Below are positions 29,794-42,922 of a stretch of 64,000 nucleotides of DNA, piece after piece. Position numbers and translations under genes: made by a program. Position 1 is the first letter of the stretch. Each line of letters starts with the position of its first letter. The stretch lies in assembly GCA_038496445.1 (NCBI GenBank), contig JALMLS010000420.1:682001-746000 (forward strand). The letters run 5' to 3'. The stretch comes from Trichosphaerium sp. ATCC 40318. Taxonomy: Eukaryota; Protista; Tubulinea. The notes under the pieces were generated by a model. The model made no database searches. It had not been told where the DNA came from and saw only the letters and a list, made by a program, of their open reading frames with translations.

Positions 29794-30389
29794 TCAAGAT
29801 CCCCAGTAGAAAGGCATAAATACAGAATCAGAGTTCTGTCCCAGAGATGTCTCGGCAAGAGCCACGCCAGTGGCAGCGAGCCTGTCACCAAATTTTCCAA
29901 AGACAGTCTGTGAAGTCGCTAAAACATAGTTTAGGATTTGTAAGTCTTGCTCTAGGAAGTACCTGGTAGGAGTTGGTTCCAACCGCCTCCACCCATGAGG
30001 TGAAGTTCGAAATGAAGCTTAGAGGATCCGGAGCTATCACAGTTTGCCGATGCACCGTCGTAGTAGTAGACAGTGTTCATTATACAATTGTTGTAATGCA
30101 TTCTGCTGATGGTGATACTTTTAAATTGACTTTTTGGATTTGCCAACCCATTAACAAAGTCGATAATATGCTCACCAGCTTGTTTCCATGTTGTAGATGA
30201 CTCTAAGAGACTGTAAGAAGCGTTTGATACGTGTTGGGCGTTATTTTTAGATAACCTTTCTGTACCTTCGTAAAACACTTTGCATAGTAGTTTACGCTCC
30301 TCCGGAGCTTTTTTGGTTGGTTTCGAGTTAATTGTAATGTTGTATGTTCCTGGTTGTTGTAGTACGATTGTTTGTTTTGCTTCTGCCAT
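29794..30389 (-). CDS. Two-exon hypothetical protein with a ubiquitin-like LHFELHLMGG motif and C-terminal extension
   Basis: Intron 29919-29962 (GTACTT..TTTTAG) joins the two listed ORFs in frame. Confidence 0.6.
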
Positions 30390-31900
30390 TTTGCTTGCTT
30401 GTTGTTGTTGGTTTGTTTCTTTACACTTGTGTAAATTTGTGTAAACCTTTCACTGAACCTAGTTAACCACAATTTTTCTTATTTGAACTGTTTGCAAGGA
30501 TCTTGTACTGTTGTCAAATTTCGCTCAAATCCTGCGACTCTATCTGTCTGTCTTTTAGGAAGGTGGTTAGTTCTACGCACCAAGTAATGCACTTCTTAGG
30601 AACCCTTCATTAAAATCGAGTCACCCAAGGTAGAGATGTTAACGAAGCGGTTCAGCTTGTAGCGACTTGTTGGCGTGTAAGCAGTTTAGACCCATGGCGA
30701 AGCCGTTAACATGGAAAAAAAGAGGATTGAGATGAAGAAATTAGTTTCGTTTCTTAGGTTTGTTTTATGCATTTTTTGTTAAACTGTTTTTCCCACAGTC
30801 GTTTAACTTCTGTATTGCTTTTTTGAGCGTAGAAAATGTTGTTCGACATTGTGTCACATAAAGTGCCTCAGTTTTTTAGGTAGTTTCCGGAAAAATGTGC
30901 GAAATAAGTGAGTTGCTCGTATTCACAGTTTGAGAATAAAAACCGAATTTTTGAAGTTTAAGACTTGAGACCGAAACAGCCAGTGAAAATGGGGACTGTT
31001 ACAAAAACAGATTCGTTATCCCTCTACCCCAAGGAACAGCATCAGTTATCTTGTTACTTTCTTTTGTGAAAATGATAGATTGTATAATTGCATACTTTTG
31101 TAAAGATTTTCGAAGGCCAGAAATAAAAATGTCGACTCTGTGTTGCTGTCAGTGCCTCAGAGCGAAGGCTACAAAGTATACTATCAGTGCCTCTAATCTG
31201 CTTGGAAGTACTTAGTCTTCGTATGTTCGAAGGTGGTGTCGTTTATTCGTACCGAGTACATAAACAAGCCTACCTTCCACTTAGATATAGTTTGGGTATA
31301 AACACCTCGGTACGTTTGACAACTTGAACACTTTGAACTGCAGTGTATTCACATGTGAATAACGGAACAAAACTTGCGAAAATCTAATCATACAGAATGT
31401 AACCATTACCTTACTGACAATATTAAAATATCGTAAAAAAATCCTTGTTTTTGTGCCTGTGTTGAACATTCGGGTTTTTTGAAATGCCGAAGCAAACCTA
31501 TCGTTAGTTACCAAACAAAAGCTTTGTTTCATGATGTAACTTTATGAAGACTATTCGTTGGTTTTATCTTTTGGCATGTTGGGAACAGTTAGCGCGACAT
31601 ATTGCAGAAATACCTGCCACTGACGATCTACAGATGTTTATACGTATCTAGGAAAAGATACTAGCGCGTATCACGTGCTTGAAGCATTCGCTGCGTAAAC
31701 CACGCATGTGATAACCATGTTGATGCTGCACTTCGTTGTAGTAATCTTTGTACTCGCTGTACTAGCGCACCAGTAAAGCGCTTTGGCGCTCCTAGCGTAT
31801 TTGCTGTAAATAGTAAGAGCTAGCGCTATTGTTACACATTCCAAGTACACATAGCATCTTTCAGTTTAGTCAAGACATTAAAACAGCGAAACAATACAAC

Positions 31901-33988
31901 ATGCGCACCTCAACACTATTGTACAACGCTCCACGTTTTTTACCATGTAACACCATTTTAGGTTGTGCTTGGTGTTGTTTTTCGCAATCGCCGCATGTGG
32001 CAGGCTCCAATACTATGGTATGTTGCTATACTACGCATTTTCATGTTGTTCTGACTTATTGTAGGGGTAAACTACGCTGGAGCTGGTAATATTTTTTCGC
32101 CGTTTTATCACGTGTGATAACGAACTAAATCGCTTTAGAATTCGGCCATGGTTCTTTCTGGCCTAGAGCAAGTACTGTAGACTATTTTAGGAGCAAGGTA
32201 CTGTTGACACAAGCCTCAATAGGGCCACGCTTACATAAGCCATTAACGCTAATGTCTGTTAGCAATTATGCACTTTCCGTCTTCCTTTCTTGTGGCAACG
32301 GCTTCAACAACCAAGTGATTTCAGCGTAAGATTTGGAGAATCAGGTTATTGGAACTCGTTACAATCTGCTGTAACGATGATAACAAACAAAGGATCATAT
32401 GTAATCATTGATCCTCATAACTAGTACGTAGCAGTCTTTTTTTCGTTTTTTTTGTGTGCACTGTTTTTTTTACTGTAGTTCATGCGTTGTATTAATTTCG
32501 CGCTAGCGCTCGTTACACCTCCAACAAAAATTGTGAGGGTCCTTGGTGTGGTAGTGTTCTTGGTTCCGGTCAAGCATCTGCCGACGATTTTATTGGAATG
32601 TGGAGACTCTTTGCTGATAAGTACAAGAATAACGGCAGAGTAATCTTTGTACGTACAGATTGAGACCTGTGTACTATCTTCGCTTACCTGTACTACAGGG
32701 CCTGATGAATGAACCTCACGACTTGGGTGGTCTTGGTACCCGGGGTTGGAGAGATATTGCTCAGAGAACAATAAACGCAATCAGACAAAGAGGTGAGTAA
32801 TCATGTTCTCTGTTATGTTACAATATTAACTCTTCGAAGGCGCTAACAATCTCATACTTGTTCCTGGTAATCACTGGACTGGCGCTCACTCTTGGATCAG
32901 CAGCGAGTGCGTTGAATATTACTCTAAGATAAGCGTACTGACGATCATACAATAGCAATGACAATAACTTTGGAAGTATTACTGATCCTGCAAATAACTT
33001 CGCAATTGAAGTTCATAACTACTTTGACGGTGACCACTCTGGTACTTCTTCAGGATGCTCTTGTACGATTGATGATTTTACTACCCTCAGACTTATCCAT
33101 ACTATAGCGAATTGCGCAAGCCAATTGAGCTCCTTTACAACCTGGGCAAGAAACAGAGGTTACAAAGCTTTCTTGGCCGAATTTGGCGGTGGAAGAAACA
33201 GTGGTTGCTCAACATGTATCAGACAAGTTCTTGAGTACGTAATTTGTGTTTGTTTTTAGACTTCTATCGCCAAAACTAAATGTTGCTGCAGCCATATGGA
33301 ATCGAACAGCAATGTTTGGATCGGTTGGACTTGGTGGGCAGCAGGAGAAGAATGGCAAGATGACTACCTATTCAACTTACAACCTGTAAATGGAGACAGA
33401 CAACAACTACCTTGGTTGACACGTGTCGCTTCATGCAGCGGTGGTAGCGGTGGTAAGTACTACATTTTTCTTCATAGCCTTTTCTAACTTTTATTAGGTC
33501 CACCACCTCCTCCTCCTCCTCCTCCTCCTCCACCACCACCTCCTCCACCACCATCGAGTGGTACTTTCACACTTCGTAAAGGGAACGGTCAGAGTCATGC
33601 CCTTGACGCTGGTCCAAATAATGTCAACAATGAGAACGTTAAACTGTGGAGGCACAATATTTACAACCCTTACCAGCAGTTTGTTGAAATAAATCGTGGA
33701 GGCGGTTTTTACTCATACAGAAAGATGAACACAAACTTTTGTTTGGATGGTGGCAATGGCGGTAGAAACGGACAAAACGTCAAAGTGTACAATTGCAACA
33801 GTGGAAACCGAAACCAACACTGGCAAAAAATCAACGTTGGAGGCGGAAAATTCAGACTTCAGAAGCGTAACTCTCCTGGATTCTCTATTGATGGAGGTAC
33901 TGGTGTTTCTAATAACCAGAATGTTAAATTATGGGCATCTAGTAACTCTAATGGAAACCAACAATGGGTGTTCACAAGTGTTCCTTAA
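31901..33988 (+). CDS. Secreted GH5 endoglucanase (cellulase) + poly-Pro linker + ricin-B/CBM13 domain
   Basis: GVNYAGAEFG, FRLPFLWQRLQ, IIDPHNYARY, LMNEPHD (acid/base), GNHWTGAHSW, EVHNYFD, FLAEFG (nucleophile), WTWWAAG; QHW/QQW ricin repeats. Confidence 0.92.
33499..33553 (+). repeat. (CCT/CCA)n polyproline linker
   Basis: Directly visible trinucleotide run between the GH5 and ricin domains. Confidence 0.9.
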
Positions 33989-34777
33989 AAACAAAATAAA
34001 TTCAACCATTTGCAACAATACAATTCCGCTTATACAATTATCTTGTTCTACTTGTCCTATAACTTATACTTTATAAACAAAGGATTGTGGGGTTTTTTGT
34101 AGTCTGTGGTTTGGTCAATGTTGTCAAACTGGCTTCTTGTTTATTTCCTACTTGTTCAAAATCGTAAAATGGTTCACGTGGCAAATTATTTGGGTATTTT
34201 TTTTTGGAACAAGTCGAAATTTGACCATACTAAATAAACTAAATCAAGCTTGTGGCCACAATGTGCAGCTTACCCAAAGTCGCTCGAACTTTTGGCCGTG
34301 TTCACCCTATGGCGGAAAAACTAAAGTACATGTGTGGCACATGGCAAGGGGACGGCTCTGGTGCGTATTTAGCGGTAATTTAGCGTTTATAAGTGTATTG
34401 TAGGGTTTTATCCAACGATTAAACCGTTTACTTACAGCGAAACGACAAAGTACGTGCGTTTACTTCAGTAACGTTACTTACAGCGACAGAATAGATAGTG
34501 TGCCGTCTAAACCAATTTTGACTTACAATCAAGTAACGCGCAATAAGAAAGGTACACCTATCCCCAGCGACAAGTACTGGAGCGTAATTAGTCGAAATAA
34601 TCATTCTTAAATCCTGTATTTTTAAAACAGCGTCAGGGGAGATAGCACATTGCGAATCAGGGTTTATTAGGATAGTAGAAGAGCTGGACGATGATAACCA
34701 TGGCGTTAAAGCCGAATTAGTACTTGCAGATAATACAGGTTTGTTGAAAAGTAACAAACTGACTGAAGACGCTAATA

Positions 34778-35521
34778 TGCCAATACAGGGTATACTTCCA
34801 TATACTCAGGTACTTCTAAGCGTACAGACACTGGTTATAAATCATTTTGGTCGACCGTTAACGTGTCAAAACCGCCATCAAACAAGAAATATGTCAGGTA
34901 GTTCATGTCACCCTTAACAAGAATTAACCATGTGTATCAGGCAACTGACTCGTGAGTTACTTTTCAACGACAACCAACTGAACTACACAATGCGGATGGC
35001 CACAGACCAAGTACGCTATAGAGCGTAGAAAAGAACTCACTGCTTACTTCTTAGGTTACTCTGCAAGATCACCTCACAGCGACTCTTCAGCTACAAGAAA
35101 GTGATAAATCGCTATACAAAGAAGTCACAGTACAAGAAACAGAGCAAAACCAGGTAATCATTTGCAATACCTTTCGCCTACTTACCGAAATGTTAAAGGC
35201 AGACTACGCAGTAATAGACGTAAGGGAGCCAGATGAGTTGGAGAGCTCTGGAGAAATGCCTCACGCAGCAAATTTACCTCTAGGATATGTTCTCGGTCCT
35301 AACGGAAGAAAGGATGCTTACATTCAGAACTTACCCAAACATAGACCCGTGCTTGTTGTTTGTCGTGCTGGTATAAGAGCCAGACTAGCTGCAGAACAAA
35401 TAGCTGGGGTACGTGTAGTTGATATAAAAAGACGTTTAATTGTCTGTAATAGTGGGGATTTGGTAATGTAGATGTTCTCAAAGGAGGTTACATTGCGTGG
35501 AAGAAGCATCAAAAGAGATAA
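34778..35521 (+). CDS. Rhodanese-domain sulfurtransferase; start uncertain
   Basis: IDVREPDE, active-site loop VCRAGIRA, GFGNVDVLKGGYIAW. Confidence 0.85.
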
Positions 35522-35806
35522 TCTCTCGCGAATGTCTTGGCAATCACTGCAATTAGATATACATTATAATCATAAACGGCAATACATTCAATACGTCACA
35601 TGGCGCTCAGAAAGGAAAAAAAAGACAAATCTTGACCGCTGTTTTTTTTTCAATAGCGCGGAACCTTACAATTGTACAAATAATACATCGTCTACGCGCG
35701 TAGTACAGTTTATCTATGCTTTCGGAATTAATACTCCTTTGTTGTATCACGTCATTCTCTATCTTTTCGTGTTGTATGGTACAGTCTTTAAACAACCCTT
35801 TTTTTG

Positions 35807-36924
35807 ATGTTTTGCATTTTATGGATGTTTTACAGTTTTTTTCAGAATTGGAGTGTTTGTCGAATAATCACGTGGTTTTATAGGCATGCGATGTACCGAA
35901 TAACATTGAAACACATTGTGCAGATGGTAGAAGTGTATTTGATTGTCCTGTAGGTAGTAGAATAGATTTACGAGGAACTAAACTATCTGTAACGTCTACA
36001 AGTGCGTAAAAGGAAAAAACGGTAAAAATCACGTGATTAATTTCTTTTTAACTAGCGGATATGCCTGATGCGTTTCTCCGTGATGAACAGATATGGATAG
36101 ATGATACCAGTAGTATACGTTTCACTTACTGTCCAGTGTGGGAATCAATATTTGTAATTTACTTTGGGCCTGTACATAATCAAGATCACATTACACTTTT
36201 TAGTGTCCCAGACAATTGCACTATCAGCAGCGACGGCCTTAATGTTATGATGATTAATGATGATGAAATAGGTGGTTGTAGTATCGGCTGTTCTGTTGCT
36301 AGTACGTATATCACTGTTTGTTTCGATCAGTTCGTCCAACATGTTAATTTCTGCTTAGGTTCTAATATCGCTAGTGGTTTTTTTGACTTTGAAAATGATG
36401 ATTGCAATAAACACAACTTACTCGCAAGGATATTACCTACAGTTATCATAATAGTTGCTTTAATAGCACTAATAACATGTATAATTGTTTCTTGTTGTGT
36501 TAAATCTATAAGAAGACGAGTACGGAGACTTGTGTCTTTAAGTTTTTTGTTGAAGTAAAAAACTAACAAAATAAATCAGATTTTCTCGTATGAAGATGAC
36601 AAGCAACCGGACTCTGACAAAGGTTATTACCCTAGCAATACTCCATTTTCTAAGCAACTATAGATTCTGAAGATCCACCAGTCTCAGAGTATTCCGAAAG
36701 CGAAGACGAGCCGACACCTGCTGTTTCTTTGGTAATCTTTTTTTGTGTTTATTTTATAAACTTCTTAATTACTTTTATAGAACCCTCTGCAGATTGCCTT
36801 GGCATCTGAACTGAAAGAAAAAACAAAAACGATAGAATTAGGTACAATGAAAGACGCTGAGAAGAGCGTGGAATCAAAAGACGAAGAGAACACAAGTGTT
36901 GAAACTGTTAGCCAAACATTGTAA
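35807..36924 (+). CDS. Type I membrane protein with Cys-containing ectodomain and acidic tail
   Basis: TM segment VIIIVALIALITCIIVSCC followed by a basic stretch; intron-split acidic tail. The start is approximate. Confidence 0.55.
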
Positions 36925-37370
36925 CTAATTTACTTCAATTTCAACCAATTTTGGTCAGTTTCTTGTGTATATAGGTGGGCAATAAAACAACTGAATCAAT
37001 AATAAGGAGCGAGAAGTTGAGCAAACCGTTATTCAATACTTTAAATGCAGGTTAGCTTGTACCTTTGACAGCTGTTTCCTAATCTCGGACATAATTTTGC
37101 CAAAAAATATCAGGTATTGCAATCTGGAGAGAAAGAAAGTACAGAATCAGTGAAACATGGATTCTTTTTTACAAGTCTATGGTGACGCTCAATACGTTAT
37201 CAATGGCATCAAGAGTTACCAAGATTAAAATAGTCGAAACAGCCTCAGGAAATCACAAATTTCTAACTACCCGTTGCTGGAAAAAAACAAATAAACATCA
37301 CGAAACTAAAAGCCAGCTATGAGTAAAGAATACAGTAAGGAGACAATACAAACAGTACATGTTATAAAGT

Positions 37371-38490
37371 TTAATTCTTTATTTTTTGTTGTTTTTTTTG
37401 TCGTTTTTTTTCGCATTTAAGTGCGTATTGCTTCATTTTCTTTGAAATTTTCTTTGTGTCCTTCGCATTAGCCCAATTTCTCTTTACAGTTTTTTTGAAT
37501 TCTTTTGTAGATAGAGCGTTTTTTGTGATAAATGGATGTTTCAGCAACTCTGTAATGTATGATTGATTCTCATGGCTCAAGCATTGTTCAACAAAAGAGG
37601 TGAAGTCCTTATCAAAACCCCAAATGTTACGAAATGTAATCTCAGTTTGCTTTGTAACATAAAAACTTTCGCAGAAAGAGTCATCGTGAGGTTCCACTGA
37701 GGCCATTTCGCCAACTCCAAGTTGCATGGCCATCACGCCAATGGCGTAAATGTCTGTTGATCTGCTATATCCATACAGCTGGGCATGTGGTGACACAAAA
37801 CCAGATGTACCAATAAATTGTTTTGTCCTGTTTGATTTTTCTTTGGCGAGTCCAAAATCAGCCAACTGAGGAATAAAGTCTTTAGTGATCAAAATATTCT
37901 CCGCTTTTATATCTCCGTGAGTAATCCCAGATTTATGAAGCTCAAAAGCTGCTTCGAGAGTTGCTTTTACTATTGTAGCAACCTCATTAATATCTTTAAA
38001 GTGACTTAGTTCGGTGGCATCGCAGAGTGCCCTTTGCATGACCAATGAAGCACCGTCATCTTTCTCAATATAACCAACTGCCGCCATAATATTCTCTGAA
38101 GGAACAGCTCGAGATAATGTATACTCATTTTTCTAACAAAAACAGTTAGAACAATAATAAATAAACGTGGAAAAAAAACGAAAAATTTTTACACAAAAAG
38201 AAAGCCAACAAGTTGACTTAGTGAAAAAAAAAAAATGCTGAAAGCTAAAGACGTACCAGGGTTTCAGTCAGGGCTTCGATCTTTTCGTCGCTTTCATCAG
38301 TTTTGTTAACGACTTTGATAGCAAGCTTCTCGCCTGTTTTTCTATCTTTGGCCTTGAACACAGTGCCGCAACCGCCAGTTCCAAGAGGAATAGTAGACGT
38401 AACTTTAATGCCAGTTTTCTGAGTCCTGCCGGTAATGCCGTAGAAGAATGATCGTGCACATCTGGAAATCGATTGGATAAATTGGGCCAT
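37371..38490 (-). CDS. Ser/Thr protein kinase (STE-like), two exons
   Basis: LGTGGCGTV, LAIK, HGDIKAENIL, DFG, GTSGFVSP, DIYAIG. Confidence 0.92.
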
Positions 38491-39966
38491 TGTTGTCGGA
38501 GGAGGTGTTACTGTCGTATAGTATTGGAAGTTATGAAATTAGAGGTGTAAAACTGACTATTTTTTAATTGTGCTTCAAATTTCTCTTGACCAGATATCTT
38601 TGTTCTCAACTCTACAAACACTGTGGTATTACTGTGATGCTGTTCCGTACTCCCGAGAGTTCTAAGCGACTATAAAAAGAACTTGACAATGCTATTAAAC
38701 GGCACACTCTTCATACTATTAAAAAAGCCTCAGGTACCTCTGTATCAAGTCTCAATGCGTGGAAACGGCCAAAACTGTGACGATAGAGATTTCTTGTGTT
38801 GTTGAGTTGAAATCTTGACAGATCAGTTTTAAAAGGACTAAGACGACCAATCACAAGCACTAACAGCACATTGGCAAGGATTTCTGACTTTATTATCAGT
38901 CAGAATCTGTATATTCACTATTCTTCAACGTAAACTGCTTGAAAAAATAAATACAACACCCATACGCCGAATACAGGTACTATACAGTATTTTGATTCTT
39001 TTTCAAAATGTAAGACTCAGAGCGTTACTCGCTTTGAATCCCACCGCTTAGAAGCAGTAATCCTCTGCCGCACAAACATGAAAGTTAATTCCCGAGTAGT
39101 GGAAACTAAACAGACATTTTTAATGTTCTAAATCAAGAGACACGACAAACTAGACATAGCTGAACCCATTAATATACATGCCAACGGATAAAATTGTAAG
39201 TTAACGTTTCTACCATTTCACCTGCTTTTCTCATTTTTTCTTTATTTTCCGTACTATTTTTGATATTGAGCCAAAAATACAGAATTTGAGAATCCATGAT
39301 GCGCTTGGTTGGGTAGGGAAACGCCATTACAAGCATTTCCGGATGTAGCGCCCAAAACTCGAAAAAAGGAAAATAATTGCAGACTTTCAGAAAAGTCAGG
39401 ATAATTTCGTAACATCTATTCATACATCTTACCCTTTCCCAGCGCTTCTTCGCGAGAAATACAAATTTAGCACAAACCTCCGTACTTGCTTGACCAAAAT
39501 AATACTGTGTAGCTTTTTTGTACATTCTATAAGATACAAAGCGTTATTGTCCCTTTAAAAAACCCTACTACGCTAGTTTATAGCATGGAGCGCATGAAAT
39601 TGTTCTTTTACTACCCTAAACTGATCTCGATTAAAATCACGTTTCGGCAACCGAAACAACGCCGAACAAGCCTAAAGTGCTCTTGTTGTACGTTGAATAC
39701 TGTATTCAATAGATATAACATGTTACTCGAGCGCGTTTACTATTCTTACCTTTTTGACCAAAAGAATGTTATTGTTTTCCAACAAGTTAATTCTTAACAC
39801 TTCAAGGCAACCAACTATGGCATCAGTCTCAAGCATGGGATTCGTTCATACCTAGATTATAATATTTCTCCGGCTACGATGTTAGTTATCGGCTTCCAAC
39901 TGCGCAGTATTCACGCACGCACCAATATTATCTAACTACTACTACAAAGCAACTACTCCACTCAAA

Positions 39967-40473
39967 ATGCCTATCCGATCCTCCCTCAACACTAAGAAGA
40001 ACCAACAACCTACCTCCGTAAGCCTTTCTCAGTTCGCGAGTAAAGGATTGAAGCACAAAACTATTCTCATGGTGCTCAAATCAACAGTGATACAGCTTAG
40101 AGCCTTGCATCAAGCAGGGTATGCTTATAATCGCATCAACGGACACAACATAAAAGTACATCGGAAAGAACACTGTCTAATGCTCACTGGTTCTCTCAAC
40201 TACGACAACAACGCCTATTACAGCTCTATGGGACTTGAAGAGCAAAAAACAAAAGATATTTACCAACTCGGATGCTTGGCAACCTGGCTCGCACTTGGAG
40301 GCGAATTTGATTGCGTAAAAACACTGGACAGGCACCAACAACTTCTTGCTTTGAAAAAAACTCGAGCATCCGCCACACTCATCAACTTTGTATCTGCGTG
40401 CTTTGAAGGAACCATAACTACCGTACACCTTGTTAACAAGCTAGAAACTGTACATGTAAGAAAGCTAAAATAA
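39967..40473 (+). CDS. Intronless kinase-like C-lobe (pseudokinase)
   Basis: LRALHQAGYAYNRINGHNIKV resembles a degenerate catalytic loop; KDIYQLGCL resembles subdomain IX; no N-lobe or DFG. Confidence 0.5.
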   Translation: MPIRSSLNTKKNQQPTSVSLSQFASKGLKHKTILMVLKSTVIQLRALHQAGYAYNRINGHNIKVHRKEHCLMLTGSLNYDNNAYYSSMGLEEQKTKDIYQLGCLATWLALGGEFDCVKTLDRHQQLLALKKTRASATLINFVSACFEGTITTVHLVNKLETVHVRKLK

Positions 40474-41176
40474 AAAAACTTTAATTGGATGTCTCATTCA
40501 AGTTTTACTTCTAGTGTCTATAAAGTGAGTTTGTATATCCTGTGTCAGTTTCACACTATTTTACCTACACCTTGGGAAGATGATCGCAGTATTTTACACT
40601 GCACACAGTACGTTAAAACCGGGTTTAATGGTCCAATTACCGGCAAACACGGTGTGAATGCCTCAAACGCCACTTGCCGTTTGTTTTGCTTCTAAAAAAT
40701 CAACGTACGTGTATAACGTACTAGCGCTGACATTAGCGCTGCCCCACGCTAACAGAAGAACTCCCATAGCATTCAAACAGCAAAGTAGGTATAATAACGT
40801 GAAACCCCTTCAACACTACCAACGTTGCTTAAGGCTGGTAAACGCCACGGGTCAAATATGTAAATAATAATTTTGGGTTTGTTAAATCACGTGGGTTTGA
40901 AACGGTTGGATTAGCAAGACATTTTCCTCTGACACGTGAGGGTATCACATTTAAAAATGTGAGATTTGCCAGTTCCGTCAGAAGTGTCCACAGTTTTATC
41001 CGTTCTTACTTCTACTCTGTTTGCGTTGAATGCAGGTCTATTTTTACTAGCAACGCGCACTCCTCTACAAAAAAATGCACTAGTGCTGTCAAGTTGGGAC
41101 ATACACATGTGTACCTTTTACAATTCAAATCACAATACTCCGGAACAAAGTAAAAATCTCACCATTGGAACGCATC

Positions 41177-42694
41177 ATGCTTAGATACTTTTATTTGTGT
41201 ATAATATCTGCTCTCATAGGTAACCTGGTAGGTTTGCTTGTTAGCTAATAATGGTTTGCGTAGTTTTAGCAGCGAGAAGCTGTGATTGCCCAACAACAGC
41301 GTGTGATAATTGTAATTTCGCCCAATGCACTCAAATAACTACAGGTGGAACGCGTGCGTATTCCCTTTCGGTTTTTTGTATCTTTTAGGCAATGCTCAAA
41401 TAGCTTGACACTTTTACGTGTGCGAACACGTACAAACAAATGTTTTTCTTTTTAAGACATGGTAAAAACTATCCACAAAAATCTTTTTCTTCAACATCTG
41501 TAAAAAAGATTTTTTCTAAAAGCTCGTAGATAGTGGAGCGTGTTTGGACATTAACACAATGGACCCACTAGTGGACGTTGCAGGGACTGTAGGAGCCGAT
41601 TGTATACGAATAACAGGTGGAATGTTATCAGGACGTATTGGATTAGGGGATAGCGACGACTGCCTTATACTCATTTCAACAACCGTAATGGGACAAGTCA
41701 ATGGAGGTTTGTTTGTATCTTTTTTTGTTGATTTTTTTGAACTGACTGATTTTTTAAGGGGGAGATGACGATTGTATAGTTATGCAGGATAGCAGTGTTG
41801 GATCATTATCACCAGCTGCAGGAAGTCATAGTGTCATTATAGAAGGAAGTGATACTGATCCTGATGGGGATGGCATGTGCGTGTGCAAACAACAAATTGA
41901 CATTTTCTTTTGAAAAGAGTTTGTCACTAGGTCTATTTTATGAAGCTCAACCCATCCTAGGCTGGGCATAGTGGGAGGTGGTGAAGGAGTGGATTGTGTT
42001 TTAATCACTGCAAACTCACGTGTAGGCAACATCTTCACTGGAGATGGAGATGATTGTATTGAAATATCGCAGAGTAATACTGGTAGTGTTGGAGGTACCC
42101 CTTTTCCTTTTTTTTTATAAATCTACACACAAACTGACACCTCAAGGCGGTGAAGGTAACGATGTATTTGATATTGACGGATCGATAATAAGGAGAGTAT
42201 TTGCTGGCGAGGGTGATGATGTGGCTACAATATCAAACTTTAATTTGCGTATGTTTCTCTTTTTCCTTTGTTTATATCAAACAGATTGTTTACCACATAA
42301 TTTTGGACTCTGCGTCTGTTCAACAACAAAGATGTAAAAAGTCTTATTTCATTTACAAAGCGCTATTGGCTCTGAACTTATTTCAACTTTTTTGGAAAGA
42401 ACTAATGTTCTCTAGAGCCGGATTCTGAGGCAGCACCATTTCGTGGTTCAGATGGAGATGACGTATTCATAATAACTGGATTCCTTGGGAACACAAGCCC
42501 ATCAATTCTTGGAGATGGTGACATGGATAGGTAGCTAAAACAAATTCTGTTTTGCAGACTTATCAAAGATCAGTCTACTAACCATTTGTTAACAATTCAC
42601 TAGGTGTTGTTATGACTCAACATTGTCTAGTACCCTTGATTGTGATGAAATAATATCGCCCTGTCCTATTAGATGTATCAGACGTTTGGATTAA
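41177..42694 (+). CDS. Secreted Cys-rich protein with RTX/hemolysin-type Ca-binding GGxGxD repeats; multi-exon
   Basis: Signal peptide; GLGDSDDCL, GGGDDDCI, GGEGVDCV, TGDGDDCI, GGEGNDVF, AGEGDDVA, GSDGDDVF. Confidence 0.75.
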
Positions 42695-42922
42695 TAAAAC
42701 CAACAGTTTTATTGATTTTAACAAAGACTGGTAAATAATACTAGTAAAACTTATTATTTGAACCCTTGTTGACACAATAGTGTTGGTCAAAGTGTACTAA
42801 AGTGTAAACTTTGGCAATGTTATAGGTGAAAGATTTGTAGCTAAACTTGGATAATAAGATTATTCCCAGACAGTGGTGTGCCACTGTTTAGAAAATGTTT
42901 TAAACAAAACAAGTGTTTTTAT

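Noticed and set aside
34428-34757. 109-aa minus-strand ORF
   Set aside because: TTG start and no recognisable domain; cannot be supported.
39169-39797. ORFs of 118 aa and 70 aa between the kinases
   Set aside because: No motifs or splice support; probably chance ORFs.
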